A stretch of 64,000 nucleotides of DNA from Fidelibacterota bacterium (GTDB taxonomy: Bacteria > Fidelibacterota > UBA2242), in contig JBNGDF010000001.1 in assembly GCA_049975265.1 (NCBI GenBank), positions 118,218-182,217 on the forward strand, in the 5' to 3' direction. Below the pieces are notes generated by a model, which was not told the origin of the DNA, searched no databases, and saw only the letters and a program-made list of their open reading frames with translations. The position numbers were made by a program, and so were the translations under genes. Positions 37,479 to 46,826 of this stretch are shown here, piece by piece (the stretch's first letter is position 1; each line of letters opens with the position of its first letter).

Positions 37479-39250
37479 TCTGCGGTAATTTGCTCGGTTT
37501 TCAGCTGAATTCCCAGTTCGTCCAGCTGTTTTTTATCCACCGGTGATGGACAGCCGTCCATCAACGATGCGGCACTGGTGGTTTTCGGAAAGGCAATGAC
37601 ATCGCGGATATTGTCGGTGCCGGCGAGGAGCATAACCAGCCGGTCAAATCCCAGGGCGATGCCTCCGTGCGGCGGGGCGCCGAAGGTAAGTGCGTCGAGT
37701 AAAAATCCAAATTTTTCCTGCGCTTCTCTCCGGCTGATTCCCAGCACATCGAACATTTCCTGCTGCATCTCGAGGGTGTGGTTGCGGATGCTGCCGCCGC
37801 CGATCTCGTGACCATTAATAACGATGTCATAAGCCCGGGCGCGTACCGTTTCGGGCTGCCGGATCAGTTTTTCCCGGTCTTCCGGCAGCGCTGCAGTAAA
37901 GGGATGGTGCATAGCCAGGTAACGTTGCAGGTCATCATCCCATTCCAGCAGCGGAAAGCGGGTCACCCAGAGAGGCTGAAAAACGTTGTCGGGTATCAGA
38001 TTCATCAGTTTTGCGGAAGCGATGCGTAAGCGTCCCAGGACCGGATACACAATTTCTGGTTGATCGGCGATGAACAGCAGCAGATCGCCGGGTACCGCGC
38101 TGAACGTTTTTATCAAATCTCTCTCATAGCCTGTCAGGAATTTTGCGATTCCGCTCGCCAGTGTATCTTCGGTGATTTTTACAAATGACAGTCCCTGGGC
38201 GCCCCAGTGCCGGACTTTGGCAGTCAGGTCATCGATATTTTTACGGCTGAACCGGGCTCCGCCGGGGACATTAATAGCGGCTACGGTTCCGTTGTTTTCA
38301 AGAACAGATCGAAAGACCTGAAAATCGCACCCTGCCAGCGGCTGATTCAGCGTATGAATTTTCATGTCGAACCGCAAATCCGGTTTGTCGGATCCGTACC
38401 GTTGCATGGCTTCGTGGTATTCCAATTTCGGGAAGGATACGGGAAGTTCGACTCGCAGTACGTCTTGGAAAACCTGTCGGAGCATCTCTGTGGTGCTCTG
38501 CATGACATCTTCCTCTTCGACAAAGGACATTTCCACATCGATCTGGGTAAATTCCGGCTGGCGATCGGCGCGAAGGTCTTCGTCGCGAAAACATTTAACG
38601 ATCTGGAAATAGCGATCGAAACCGCCGATCATCAGCAGCTGTTTGTAGGTTTGTGGAGATTGCGGCAGAGCATAAAAGCGCCCCTTGTGAATTCGACTGG
38701 GGACCAGATAATCCCGGGCGCCTTCGGGTGTACTTTTCATCAACAGCGGCGTTTCGATTTCCAGGAATTGATGTTCATTATAGTATTTCCGAACACTCTG
38801 AGCGGCAGAATGGCGGATTGCCAGGTTGTGCTGGAGTTCCGCGGTGCGCAGTTCCAGATAGCGATATTTCAAGCGTAAATCCTCGAGCCCGGTGGTGCGG
38901 TCGGTAACCAGAAACGGAAGCGTGGCTGCCCGATTAGAAACCTCGATTTCATGTGCCAGAATGTCGATCTCTCCGGTAGGCATATCGGGATTCAGAGCCT
39001 CTTTGGGGCGCCTGCGTACCGTACCTTTGACTGCGATGACGTCTTCCATTCTAAGACTGTGAGCGATGGTCATCAGACCCGGATCGCTTGCCGGATCGCA
39101 TACGATCTGGGTGAGACCGTAACGATCCCGCAGGTCAATAAAAATCAGCCCGCCAAGGTCGCGACGCCGGTTGATCCAGCCGTTCAGAATCACCATCTGT
39201 CCCACATGTTCTTTCCGTAATTGACCACAGGTTACGCTTCTTTTGAGCAT
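37475..39250 (-). CDS. aspS: aspartate--tRNA ligase
   Basis: 591 aa; N-terminal OB-fold anticodon domain (VILNGWINRRRDLGGLIFIDLRDRYG), class II motifs FQIVKCFRDEDLRADRQPEFTQID, GGGSIR, LDALTFGAPPHGGIALGFDRLVMLL. Confidence 0.95.
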   Translation of the reverse strand: MLKRSVTCGQLRKEHVGQMVILNGWINRRRDLGGLIFIDLRDRYGLTQIVCDPASDPGLMTIAHSLRMEDVIAVKGTVRRRPKEALNPDMPTGEIDILAHEIEVSNRAATLPFLVTDRTTGLEDLRLKYRYLELRTAELQHNLAIRHSAAQSVRKYYNEHQFLEIETPLLMKSTPEGARDYLVPSRIHKGRFYALPQSPQTYKQLLMIGGFDRYFQIVKCFRDEDLRADRQPEFTQIDVEMSFVEEEDVMQSTTEMLRQVFQDVLRVELPVSFPKLEYHEAMQRYGSDKPDLRFDMKIHTLNQPLAGCDFQVFRSVLENNGTVAAINVPGGARFSRKNIDDLTAKVRHWGAQGLSFVKITEDTLASGIAKFLTGYERDLIKTFSAVPGDLLLFIADQPEIVYPVLGRLRIASAKLMNLIPDNVFQPLWVTRFPLLEWDDDLQRYLAMHHPFTAALPEDREKLIRQPETVRARAYDIVINGHEIGGGSIRNHTLEMQQEMFDVLGISRREAQEKFGFLLDALTFGAPPHGGIALGFDRLVMLLAGTDNIRDVIAFPKTTSAASLMDGCPSPVDKKQLDELGIQLKTEQITAE

Positions 39251-39259
39251 ACAAATCCT

Positions 39260-41470
39260 TTATTTCTTTTTGGGCAATATCTTATGTTTTCCCGACGAAG
39301 ATTTGCTCAGAACCTGATACATCTGCCTGGCTGTTTTGCACGCCAGCAGTTTTTTACGACCCTCTTCGTCAAAAGCCTGACTGATCATAGACATAAAGTG
39401 CATATGCGGTGCCGAGGCACTCTCCGGCGAAAGTGTCAGCACGATGATATTAGCCGGCTTTCCGTCAACGGAATGAAACTCAACTCCCTCCCGCTTGATT
39501 CCAATTGCGCAGACCAGCCGATCAACGGCGTCACAGCGTCCATGGGGAATGGCGATGCCGTACTGAATGCCGGTTGACATGCTTGCCTCCCGCTCGAGGA
39601 CAGTTTTCCGCGCTAACTCACAATCCTTTATCAATCCCTGGCTGTTCAGAATGTGCAGCAGTTCGTCAATGATCTCTTCTTTGGTGTCACCCTTAAGTGA
39701 GGGGCATAATACACCGGGTGTCAGGTACTGAGCCAGATCGCTTCGGATCGGCATTTTGGTCGGGGATTGCTCCTGAATGCGCCGGACAACGGCGGCGCTG
39801 TCGATTGGTTTGCGAAGCGCCTTGACCGTCGTCTCAAATTCGGCGAATACCTCATACATTGCCGTATTGATGTAGGGCACAATACTTTTATCGCAATCAA
39901 TATTGATGGTATGAAGGTCAACCTCTACACCGATGATCATGTCGTCCTTGCGCAGCTGATAAATCTGGCGGGGCTGGTTCAGGGTGTGGATGTAGAATCC
40001 TTCCAATTCAAACAGGTTGAACAGTTTGCTGGTCATCAGGCTGGCGGTCTGAACATTGGGAAACTGGAAGGAGAGCCGGGTCTCCTCGGTTTTGCGGATC
40101 TGCCGCCGGACGCCGCTCTGGTCGTGCCGGAAAATGGTTACTAGCACAGGCGGTGAAATCAGCGTCGTTATCAGGGTCATCATTACGGCGATTCCAAAAA
40201 ATTCCGGTGGTAACAGACCCGCCGCCAGACCGATGCCGGCGATAATCAACGCCACCTCGCCTCTTGGCAGCATGCCCACCCCGATCCGCAGGGCGCCCCG
40301 CAGGTTGAAATTGGCAAAAAGGGTCGGTATACCACAGCCGAAAACCTTTGATACAATTGCGCCAAAGGTGTATAAGAGTCCAAACAGCAAAACCGTTTTG
40401 GAAGCCAGCAGACGGACATCAACCAGCATGCCCATAACGGTGAAAAAGACCGGCACGAGAAAAGAGTAAATCGGTCCCATTTTTTCCATAATCACATGGT
40501 TAATATCGGTTTTTGAGAGGGATAATCCCATAATGTAGGCGCCGATAATCATCGCCAGTCCCGCCTCTTCGAAAAGTCCTGCCAGGACCAGCGCGAATCC
40601 CAATGCCATCATGGCGATGGAGGTGCGGTCATGAAACCATTTCAGCAGGAGACTGATTTTGCGGGAAGCCAGCAGACCGATAATTGTAGCCGCCGCCCAG
40701 ATACCAAAAGCCTTGACTGAAATAATGCCGATATGAGCCCAATCGACATAACCTGATTTTGCCGAAGCGGCGACGATTCCGAGACCGATGGCCAGCAGAA
40801 TGATACCGAGTACGTCATCGATTACCGCGCCCGCCAGGATGGTCACCCCTTCCGGCGAATCGAGTTGGCGTTGCTCTGATAAAATCCGGGCGGTGATTCC
40901 CACCGATGTGGCGGTGGCTATGATCCCCAGAAACAGGCAGGGAGGCGAAAAAAAGCCCAGCTGGGTTCCGAAGAACCATTTGGATAACCAGATCGTGAGC
41001 AGGTCACCGATTATAAAGGAGAAAAGGACGCCTCCGATGCCCACAATACCGCCGATGACGGAGTAGCGTAAAAACAGGCGGAAATCGGTCTCCAGTCCGA
41101 TCATGAACAGCAGCACAATGGATGCCACTGTGCTGATTCCGTACAATTCGGGTGATATGGGAAAATTGTTCGAGCTGATTGGAAATATACCCGCCGGAAA
41201 GCCGGGCAGCGGAACCGCGCCGAGTAAAAAGGGTCCGATTAGAATGCCGGCAAACAGTTCACCCAGGACACCGGGCATTTTGAATTTTTCGAAAGATATA
41301 TTGCCCAGGCGCGCTGCAAACAGAATGAGCCCCAGTTGTATGACCAGCATCATCATGCGGTGAGTCATAGTGCCCGGGAGGGCGGTTTGAGTGGCAGAGA
41401 AGAGATAATCCGAAGCCAGGAGTCCGACCATTAATTGCAGGCAACGTTTGGTGAAACGATTTATTTTCAT
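39260..41470 (-). CDS. CPA2-family cation:proton antiporter (KefB/NhaP-like) fused to C-terminal PTS EIIA(Ntr/fructose-type) domain
   Basis: N-terminal ~400 aa with 12-13 TM helices and Na+/H+ exchanger blocks (LGELFAGILIGP, GLETD); C-terminal ~150 aa with EIIA-2 phospho-His motif GIAIPHGRC and regulatory linker. Confidence 0.8.
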   Translation of the reverse strand: MKINRFTKRCLQLMVGLLASDYLFSATQTALPGTMTHRMMMLVIQLGLILFAARLGNISFEKFKMPGVLGELFAGILIGPFLLGAVPLPGFPAGIFPISSNNFPISPELYGISTVASIVLLFMIGLETDFRLFLRYSVIGGIVGIGGVLFSFIIGDLLTIWLSKWFFGTQLGFFSPPCLFLGIIATATSVGITARILSEQRQLDSPEGVTILAGAVIDDVLGIILLAIGLGIVAASAKSGYVDWAHIGIISVKAFGIWAAATIIGLLASRKISLLLKWFHDRTSIAMMALGFALVLAGLFEEAGLAMIIGAYIMGLSLSKTDINHVIMEKMGPIYSFLVPVFFTVMGMLVDVRLLASKTVLLFGLLYTFGAIVSKVFGCGIPTLFANFNLRGALRIGVGMLPRGEVALIIAGIGLAAGLLPPEFFGIAVMMTLITTLISPPVLVTIFRHDQSGVRRQIRKTEETRLSFQFPNVQTASLMTSKLFNLFELEGFYIHTLNQPRQIYQLRKDDMIIGVEVDLHTINIDCDKSIVPYINTAMYEVFAEFETTVKALRKPIDSAAVVRRIQEQSPTKMPIRSDLAQYLTPGVLCPSLKGDTKEEIIDELLHILNSQGLIKDCELARKTVLEREASMSTGIQYGIAIPHGRCDAVDRLVCAIGIKREGVEFHSVDGKPANIIVLTLSPESASAPHMHFMSMISQAFDEEGRKKLLACKTARQMYQVLSKSSSGKHKILPKKK

Positions 41471-41542
41471 TGATTTGTTACATGGTAGCAGCCGCTCGTG
41501 CTGTGCGGGATTCGGAACGTGCTACCTGTATGGAGGTGAAAT

Positions 41543-41887
41543 TTACTCATTTTTTAAATTCATATAGCAGGAGCCTTCGAATTTTGCTCCGTCTTCGATG
41601 ACTAGTTGTGCCGCTTTGATGTCACCTTTGAGAACGGCTTTTTCGCCCAAAACAACTTTTCCCGCGGCGTTCACATTACCCTGGATATTGCCGCCGATAC
41701 TGATGTCCTCGCCGTGCAGATTGCCGCGGATTCGCGCGGTTGGCGATAGCGTGATGGAATTTTTAGTGCTGATGTCCCCTTCCACCTGTCCGTAAATAAT
41801 GATATTGCCATCCAGCTGAATATTGCCGGTGATGCCGGTGTCTTCACCGATAATAGTGTTGATCGTCGAATCTTTTTTCTTATTCAT
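41543..41887 (-). CDS. bactofilin family cytoskeletal protein
   Basis: Beta-helical DUF583 repeats (ITGNIQLDGNIIIYGQVEGDI, IRGNLHGEDISIGGNIQGNV, VLGEKAVLKGDIKAAQLVIEDGAKFEG); start set to ATG 41887 with AAGGAG 6 nt upstream (track start 41908 overlaps M23 gene). Confidence 0.75.
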   Translation of the reverse strand: MNKKKDSTINTIIGEDTGITGNIQLDGNIIIYGQVEGDISTKNSITLSPTARIRGNLHGEDISIGGNIQGNVNAAGKVVLGEKAVLKGDIKAAQLVIEDGAKFEGSCYMNLKNE

Positions 41888-41897
41888 GGTCGGCTCC

Positions 41898-42713
41898 TTA
41901 TTCTCCATAGTTATTGACAGAAATATCGGCGCGGCGGTAGGAATAGATCATACTCTGGGGATCAATCGGTTTGCCCTCACGCCAGATTTCGAAGTGCAGA
42001 TGCGGTCCCTGGCTGATGCCGGTATTTCCCAGAAAGCCGATAATATCGCCCCGCTTGAGATATTGGTGCTCTTCGACGATATTGCGCTGGTTGTGTCCAT
42101 AGATTGTAAAATAGCCGTTGGGGTGGTACAGAATGATCGTGTAGCCCAAATCGTAGGTCCAGTTGGAAAATACCACTACTCCTGAAGCAGAGGCATGAAT
42201 CGGAACACCCTCCGGAGCGGCAATGTCGACCCCGTAATGATTGTCCTGCAACAGAATATGGTCATCAACAAATCCCTGGGTAATATAACCCTCCACCGGC
42301 GGATAAATCGGGACATTGTCCAAGTAGCTGATTTCCACCGATTTTTCCTGGGAATGATTGGTGATTTCCAAAGGCAGGAACATAGAATCGAGGTAGGCGG
42401 AATCCAGCGAGGCGATGTTCAGGTCGGTTCCCAGCACCGAGCGAATATACTGGTCCATCTGACGGATTTTATTGTAATCGCTTAAAATCTTGGTGACCTT
42501 CAGGCGGTCCACAATCAGGCGTTCATTCTCCGCTACCAGATCGTTGTACTGTCTGGCGCGGGGAATCAGATAGACAGCGCCGGTGATAATGAGGATGATA
42601 AAGAGTGTCAATAATACCAGCACCGTTTTGGCGAAAATGGAGCTGAACGTGAGTCGTAGTGGTGTTTCCCGGGCATCGCTGATCAGATGCAGGGTATAGT
42701 GTCTTTTTTTCAT
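41898..42713 (-). CDS. M23 family peptidoglycan metalloendopeptidase (membrane-anchored)
   Basis: N-terminal TM anchor, LytM/M23 motifs HYGVDIAAPEGVPIHASASG (HxxxD) and GNTGISQGPHLHFEI (HxH). Confidence 0.85.
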   Translation of the reverse strand: MKKRHYTLHLISDARETPLRLTFSSIFAKTVLVLLTLFIILIITGAVYLIPRARQYNDLVAENERLIVDRLKVTKILSDYNKIRQMDQYIRSVLGTDLNIASLDSAYLDSMFLPLEITNHSQEKSVEISYLDNVPIYPPVEGYITQGFVDDHILLQDNHYGVDIAAPEGVPIHASASGVVVFSNWTYDLGYTIILYHPNGYFTIYGHNQRNIVEEHQYLKRGDIIGFLGNTGISQGPHLHFEIWREGKPIDPQSMIYSYRRADISVNNYGE

Positions 42714-43579
42714 TGATTGCGATCCTCGATTAATTCGAACAGCTCGACCAGGCGCCCCAGGTCCTCTTTTGAATAGTATTCGATCTCGATAACACCGCGC
42801 TCCTTTCCTCTGATTTTTACCCGTGAACCGACAATATGCATTAAGCGGTCTTCCAACGGTTTGTACCGTTTGTCGGGCGCCGGTTTTCCGGCGGGCGGCT
42901 TTTTCTCCGGAGCGGTGGACATTTTCTTTACCAGCAGCTCTGTGGCGCGAACGCTCAGGGCGTCGCGCTTGATTTTTCGCCAGAGATTCAGCTGCTGTTC
43001 GCGGTTGGGAATGGTGATAATGGGGCGGGCATGACCAGCGCTGAGTTTCTGGTCTTTCAGGTCCCGCAGAATCTCATCGGGGAGAGACAGCAGACGGAGA
43101 GAGTTGGTGATTGTTGAGCGCTCTTTGCCGACCTTTTGGGCGATATCCTCATGAGACAGGTTAAAGGTATTGATCAGCAGCTGGTAGGCTTGTGCCTCTT
43201 CCACAGGATTCAGATTTTCCCGTTGGATGTTTTCGATCAGTGCCATCTCCATCATCTCCACATCGCTGGCGACGGGCAGAACGTAGGCGGGGATGCTGTT
43301 GTGTTCCAGTTCGATACAGGCGCGCAGGCGCCGTTCACCGGCAATCAGTTCAAAGCCATTCTCCTTTTGCCGGACAGTAATGGGTTGAATAATGCCCTTT
43401 TCACGGATGGACTGCTTTAATTCCTCCATTGCCTGGGGATTGAATTCTTTGCGGGGCTGGTTGGGATTCACCTGCACCTTTTCCACTTCGATTTCGGCAA
43501 TCTGATTGCTGAGATCGATTCCCTGCGGAAATTCGGGAATAATGGCTCCGAGACCTTTACCGAGTCGTTTGACCGTCAT
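42710..43579 (-). CDS. parB: ParB/Spo0J chromosome partitioning protein
   Basis: ParB box IQPITVRQKENGFELIAGERRLRA, HTH region, C-terminal dimerisation domain; ATGA overlap with M23 gene. Confidence 0.9.
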   Translation of the reverse strand: MTVKRLGKGLGAIIPEFPQGIDLSNQIAEIEVEKVQVNPNQPRKEFNPQAMEELKQSIREKGIIQPITVRQKENGFELIAGERRLRACIELEHNSIPAYVLPVASDVEMMEMALIENIQRENLNPVEEAQAYQLLINTFNLSHEDIAQKVGKERSTITNSLRLLSLPDEILRDLKDQKLSAGHARPIITIPNREQQLNLWRKIKRDALSVRATELLVKKMSTAPEKKPPAGKPAPDKRYKPLEDRLMHIVGSRVKIRGKERGVIEIEYYSKEDLGRLVELFELIEDRNQ

Positions 43580-44333
43580 TTTGCAGTATCTCTCCCACCA
43601 GATTCATGTAATCCTGAGCCCCGGCTGCCGAGGCATCGTAAAGGATGATCGGTTTGCCGAAGCTGGGCGATTCGCCCAGGCGGACATTCCTCCGGATGAT
43701 AGTGTTATACACTTTTTCTTTGAAATGGCTGCGAACCTGCTCGGTGACCTCCTGAGAGAGCCGCAGACGGGAATCGTACATCGTAATCAGCACTCCCTCG
43801 ATCTGCAGGTCGCGGTTTAGATTGCGCTGAACAAGCCGGATGGTGTTTAACAGCTGTCCTAGCCCTTCCATGGCATAATACTCACACTGGATCGGAATCA
43901 GGACCGATTGGGCGGCGGTCAGACTGTTAATCGTCAATAAACCCAGAGAAGGCGGGCAGTCGATAATGATATATTTATATTCCTTTTTCAGATGACTGAT
44001 CGCTTTTTTCAAAACAATTTCGCGACTGATCATGGAGACCATCTCAATTTCGGCGCCTACCAGTTGTGGCGAAGAGGGTACCACCTCGAGAAAGGGAATT
44101 TCCGTGGAATGAATATGCTCGTTGATATCTAAACCGTCTACCAGAACATTGTAGATATTTTGGTCGGTGGATTGGTAGTCAATGCCACAGCCGATGGTGG
44201 CATTTGCCTGGGGGTCCATGTCGATTAGCAGGGTATGGACCTCGGACACCGCCAGACCCGCGGCTAGATTGACGGAGGTTGTCGTCTTGCCAACGCCGCC
44301 CTTCTGATTGGCGACGGTTATGATTTTTGTCAC
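43557..44333 (-). CDS. parA: ParA/Soj chromosome partitioning ATPase
   Basis: Deviant Walker A KIITVANQKGGVGKTTTSVNLA, Walker B IIIDCPPSL, 258 aa. Confidence 0.9.
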   Translation of the reverse strand: MTKIITVANQKGGVGKTTTSVNLAAGLAVSEVHTLLIDMDPQANATIGCGIDYQSTDQNIYNVLVDGLDINEHIHSTEIPFLEVVPSSPQLVGAEIEMVSMISREIVLKKAISHLKKEYKYIIIDCPPSLGLLTINSLTAAQSVLIPIQCEYYAMEGLGQLLNTIRLVQRNLNRDLQIEGVLITMYDSRLRLSQEVTEQVRSHFKEKVYNTIIRRNVRLGESPSFGKPIILYDASAAGAQDYMNLVGEILQNDGQTTR

Positions 44334-44442
44334 CCGACTTCTCTAAACATAATAATTACAAATAGTTCCAACTTTTTCGACCCACTCTGTAAAGCAAAGC
44401 AAATTTAATTCTGACCCGTCCTAAAATCAAGGCAAAAGGCGG

Positions 44443-45888
44443 CTACGCTTTTCGCCAGAATTTTGGAACAAAGATTAAAAAAACCGAATAGAATTCCAGC
44501 CGTCCGAAAAGCATGCAGGCGATCAAAATCCATTTTGTAAATGCCGGCAGACCCAGATAGCTGCCCAGAGGACCGGTTTGCCCGAGTCCCGGACCGACGC
44601 CGCCCAGGGTGGTTGCCACGGAAAAAAATGCCGTATTCAGGTCTGCGCCGGCAGCCGTCATGAGCATTGAGGCAAGAAAGAAGAACAGCAGATAGATGCC
44701 GATGAATACCAGCACGGTCCGGATGGTCTTATCATCGATAGTGCGGGAATTCAGCCGGACAGGTCGAACGACACGGGGATGAATCATCTGGATCAGTTCG
44801 CGGTAGATGCTTTTCATCAGGATGATGATGCGGGAATTTTTTATCGCGCCGGTTGTCGAGCCGGGGCAGGCTCCGACGAACATCAGGATGAGCAGGACAA
44901 TCTGGCTGAGTGGTCGCCATTCTCCGTAGTCGGCGGTTATAAAACCGGTGGTGGTGTTGATAGATACGGTTTGAAACACACCGTAGCGGAAAGCCTCGGT
45001 CAGCCTGTCGTAATGATTCAGGCGCAGATCCACAACGATAATGGTTGCACAGCAGAGCATAAAGAGAAAGTAAAATTTCAGAACGCTGCCGAACTGCCGG
45101 TGGCTCCGATTGCGTTTAAAAAATACCAGATAGAGAGAAAAATTGATTCCGGCTAGGAACATAAAGATTGTCACGATTGTCTCGACGTAGGGGCTGTTGT
45201 AATGGGCGATGCTGGCGTTACGGGGGGAGAATCCACCGGTTGGAATCGTCCCCATAGCCGTCAGGGCGGCGTCATACAGCGAGAGTCCGCCCAGCAGCAG
45301 GAGCCCCGTCTCAATGACGGTGAGTGCCAGATAAACGATCCAAAGCAGCCGGGCGGTGTCCTTGATTTTCGGGGTGATCCGCTCCTGAGCGATGGACGAC
45401 GATTCGAAATTGTAAAGATTGCGGGCACTTACATTAATTACAGGCAAAATGACCAGCGCCAGAATGACGATGCCCATGCCGCCGATCCAATGGGTCATGC
45501 TGCGCCAGATTAGCAGACTGGCGGGCAGGGCTTCGATATCCTCCAGCACCGATGCGCCGGTAGTCGTAAACCCGGAGACGCTTTCAAAGAAGGCGTCCAG
45601 AAAACCGTGAAAGTAACCAGAAAGTTGGAAGGGGAGTGCGCCAATTAGTGAGGCGATGAGCCAGCCGAATACAACCATCGCCACGGCTTCGCGTCTTTCG
45701 ATAATGAGCTCGGCGGGTTTGTTCCAGCCCAACAACAGTCCGGCTGAGATAGCGATGATAATGGGAAGCAGAAAGATGCGCATCGGAGCATCACCGTTGA
45801 GAAGGCTGAATACCAGTGGAATCATCAAAAAGATACCCAGCACCACCAGCAGTGTACCCAGTAGGGCAAAGAGATGACGAATTCTCAT
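44443..45888 (-). CDS. trkH: TrkH/KtrB family K+ uptake membrane subunit
   Basis: 481 aa, four MPM repeats with selectivity-filter glycine segments (TTGASV, TTGFIT, LGGVGPG...). Confidence 0.9.
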   Translation of the reverse strand: MRIRHLFALLGTLLVVLGIFLMIPLVFSLLNGDAPMRIFLLPIIIAISAGLLLGWNKPAELIIERREAVAMVVFGWLIASLIGALPFQLSGYFHGFLDAFFESVSGFTTTGASVLEDIEALPASLLIWRSMTHWIGGMGIVILALVILPVINVSARNLYNFESSSIAQERITPKIKDTARLLWIVYLALTVIETGLLLLGGLSLYDAALTAMGTIPTGGFSPRNASIAHYNSPYVETIVTIFMFLAGINFSLYLVFFKRNRSHRQFGSVLKFYFLFMLCCATIIVVDLRLNHYDRLTEAFRYGVFQTVSINTTTGFITADYGEWRPLSQIVLLILMFVGACPGSTTGAIKNSRIIILMKSIYRELIQMIHPRVVRPVRLNSRTIDDKTIRTVLVFIGIYLLFFFLASMLMTAAGADLNTAFFSVATTLGGVGPGLGQTGPLGSYLGLPAFTKWILIACMLFGRLEFYSVFLIFVPKFWRKA

Positions 45889-46054
45889 AGAATCAACAAC
45901 AATAAGAAAAGGACAGGTATCATATCATTTAAGTTTACTGGATATTTTCCTTCAAAGCAAATCCGGGAATTGGGAAAAAGCCCTTGGAGCTCCGGGTGGA
46001 TTGTGTATATTTATACGGTTTTATTACAGCTACCTGTTGCCGGTTATTTTTTGG

Positions 46055-46762
46055 ATGAAACGAATTGTCTACATCTATCGCTGGTGCGTGGCGGTTACGG
46101 TTTTTGCACTGATTGCGGCGCTCGTATTTCTCGGACTGATTCTGTATCGCCCGCAGCAAATTTATGTGCTGGTTCAGCCCCTCTGCCGTCTCCTGTTACG
46201 CGCCATTTCGGTGCGGGTGAAAGTCACCGGACTTGGCAATTTCGACCACACGCGTCCCTATTTAATCATCTGCAATCACGAGTCTCTTTTGGATGCCTTT
46301 ATCTGTCCGGGCTACATCCCGCTCTTTTTTGCTGTCCTTGAATTGACGGACCATTTCGACTGGCCGGTCTGGGGTAGAATGATCAGGGAGTGGGGCAACA
46401 TTCCAGTGCGGAAGGGTAATCTACGAGCCGCCATGAGCAGTCTGGACCGCGCCCGCGATGTACTGAAGAAGGGGACCTCTATTCTCATTTTCCCTGAGGG
46501 GGAACGCACTACCACCGGCAAAATGAAGCCCTTTCGTAAAGGGGCGTTTCATCTGGCACATATTGCACAGGTCGACATCTTACCGATCGGAATGCACGGT
46601 CTGTATCGGGCAAAAACCAAAGGTGACTGGCACGTACGCTCGGCGAATGTCTGTTTTAATTTTGGGCGACCGCTGAAGTACGGGGACTATCGGCATATGA
46701 GCATCGACCAGCTCAAAGACTGGGCTGAACACGAGATTCGGCGCCTGAAATACGAACGGTGA
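46055..46762 (+). CDS. plsC: 1-acyl-sn-glycerol-3-phosphate acyltransferase (lysophospholipid acyltransferase)
   Basis: HX4D motif NHESLLD, FPEGERT block, N-terminal TM helix; start set to ATG ~46055 (MKRIVYIY...). Confidence 0.8.
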   Translation: MKRIVYIYRWCVAVTVFALIAALVFLGLILYRPQQIYVLVQPLCRLLLRAISVRVKVTGLGNFDHTRPYLIICNHESLLDAFICPGYIPLFFAVLELTDHFDWPVWGRMIREWGNIPVRKGNLRAAMSSLDRARDVLKKGTSILIFPEGERTTTGKMKPFRKGAFHLAHIAQVDILPIGMHGLYRAKTKGDWHVRSANVCFNFGRPLKYGDYRHMSIDQLKDWAEHEIRRLKYER

Positions 46763-46826
46763 AGATTTCGCCACGTATTTAATTATTCTACATTGAGAAT
46801 ATTTAATTTTTTATTAAATTTAGAGC

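Noticed and set aside
42710-44400. parS centromere site near parAB
   Set aside because: I could not find a TGTTTCACGTGAAACA-like palindrome by eye in or near the operon; a proper pattern search is needed before claiming presence or absence.
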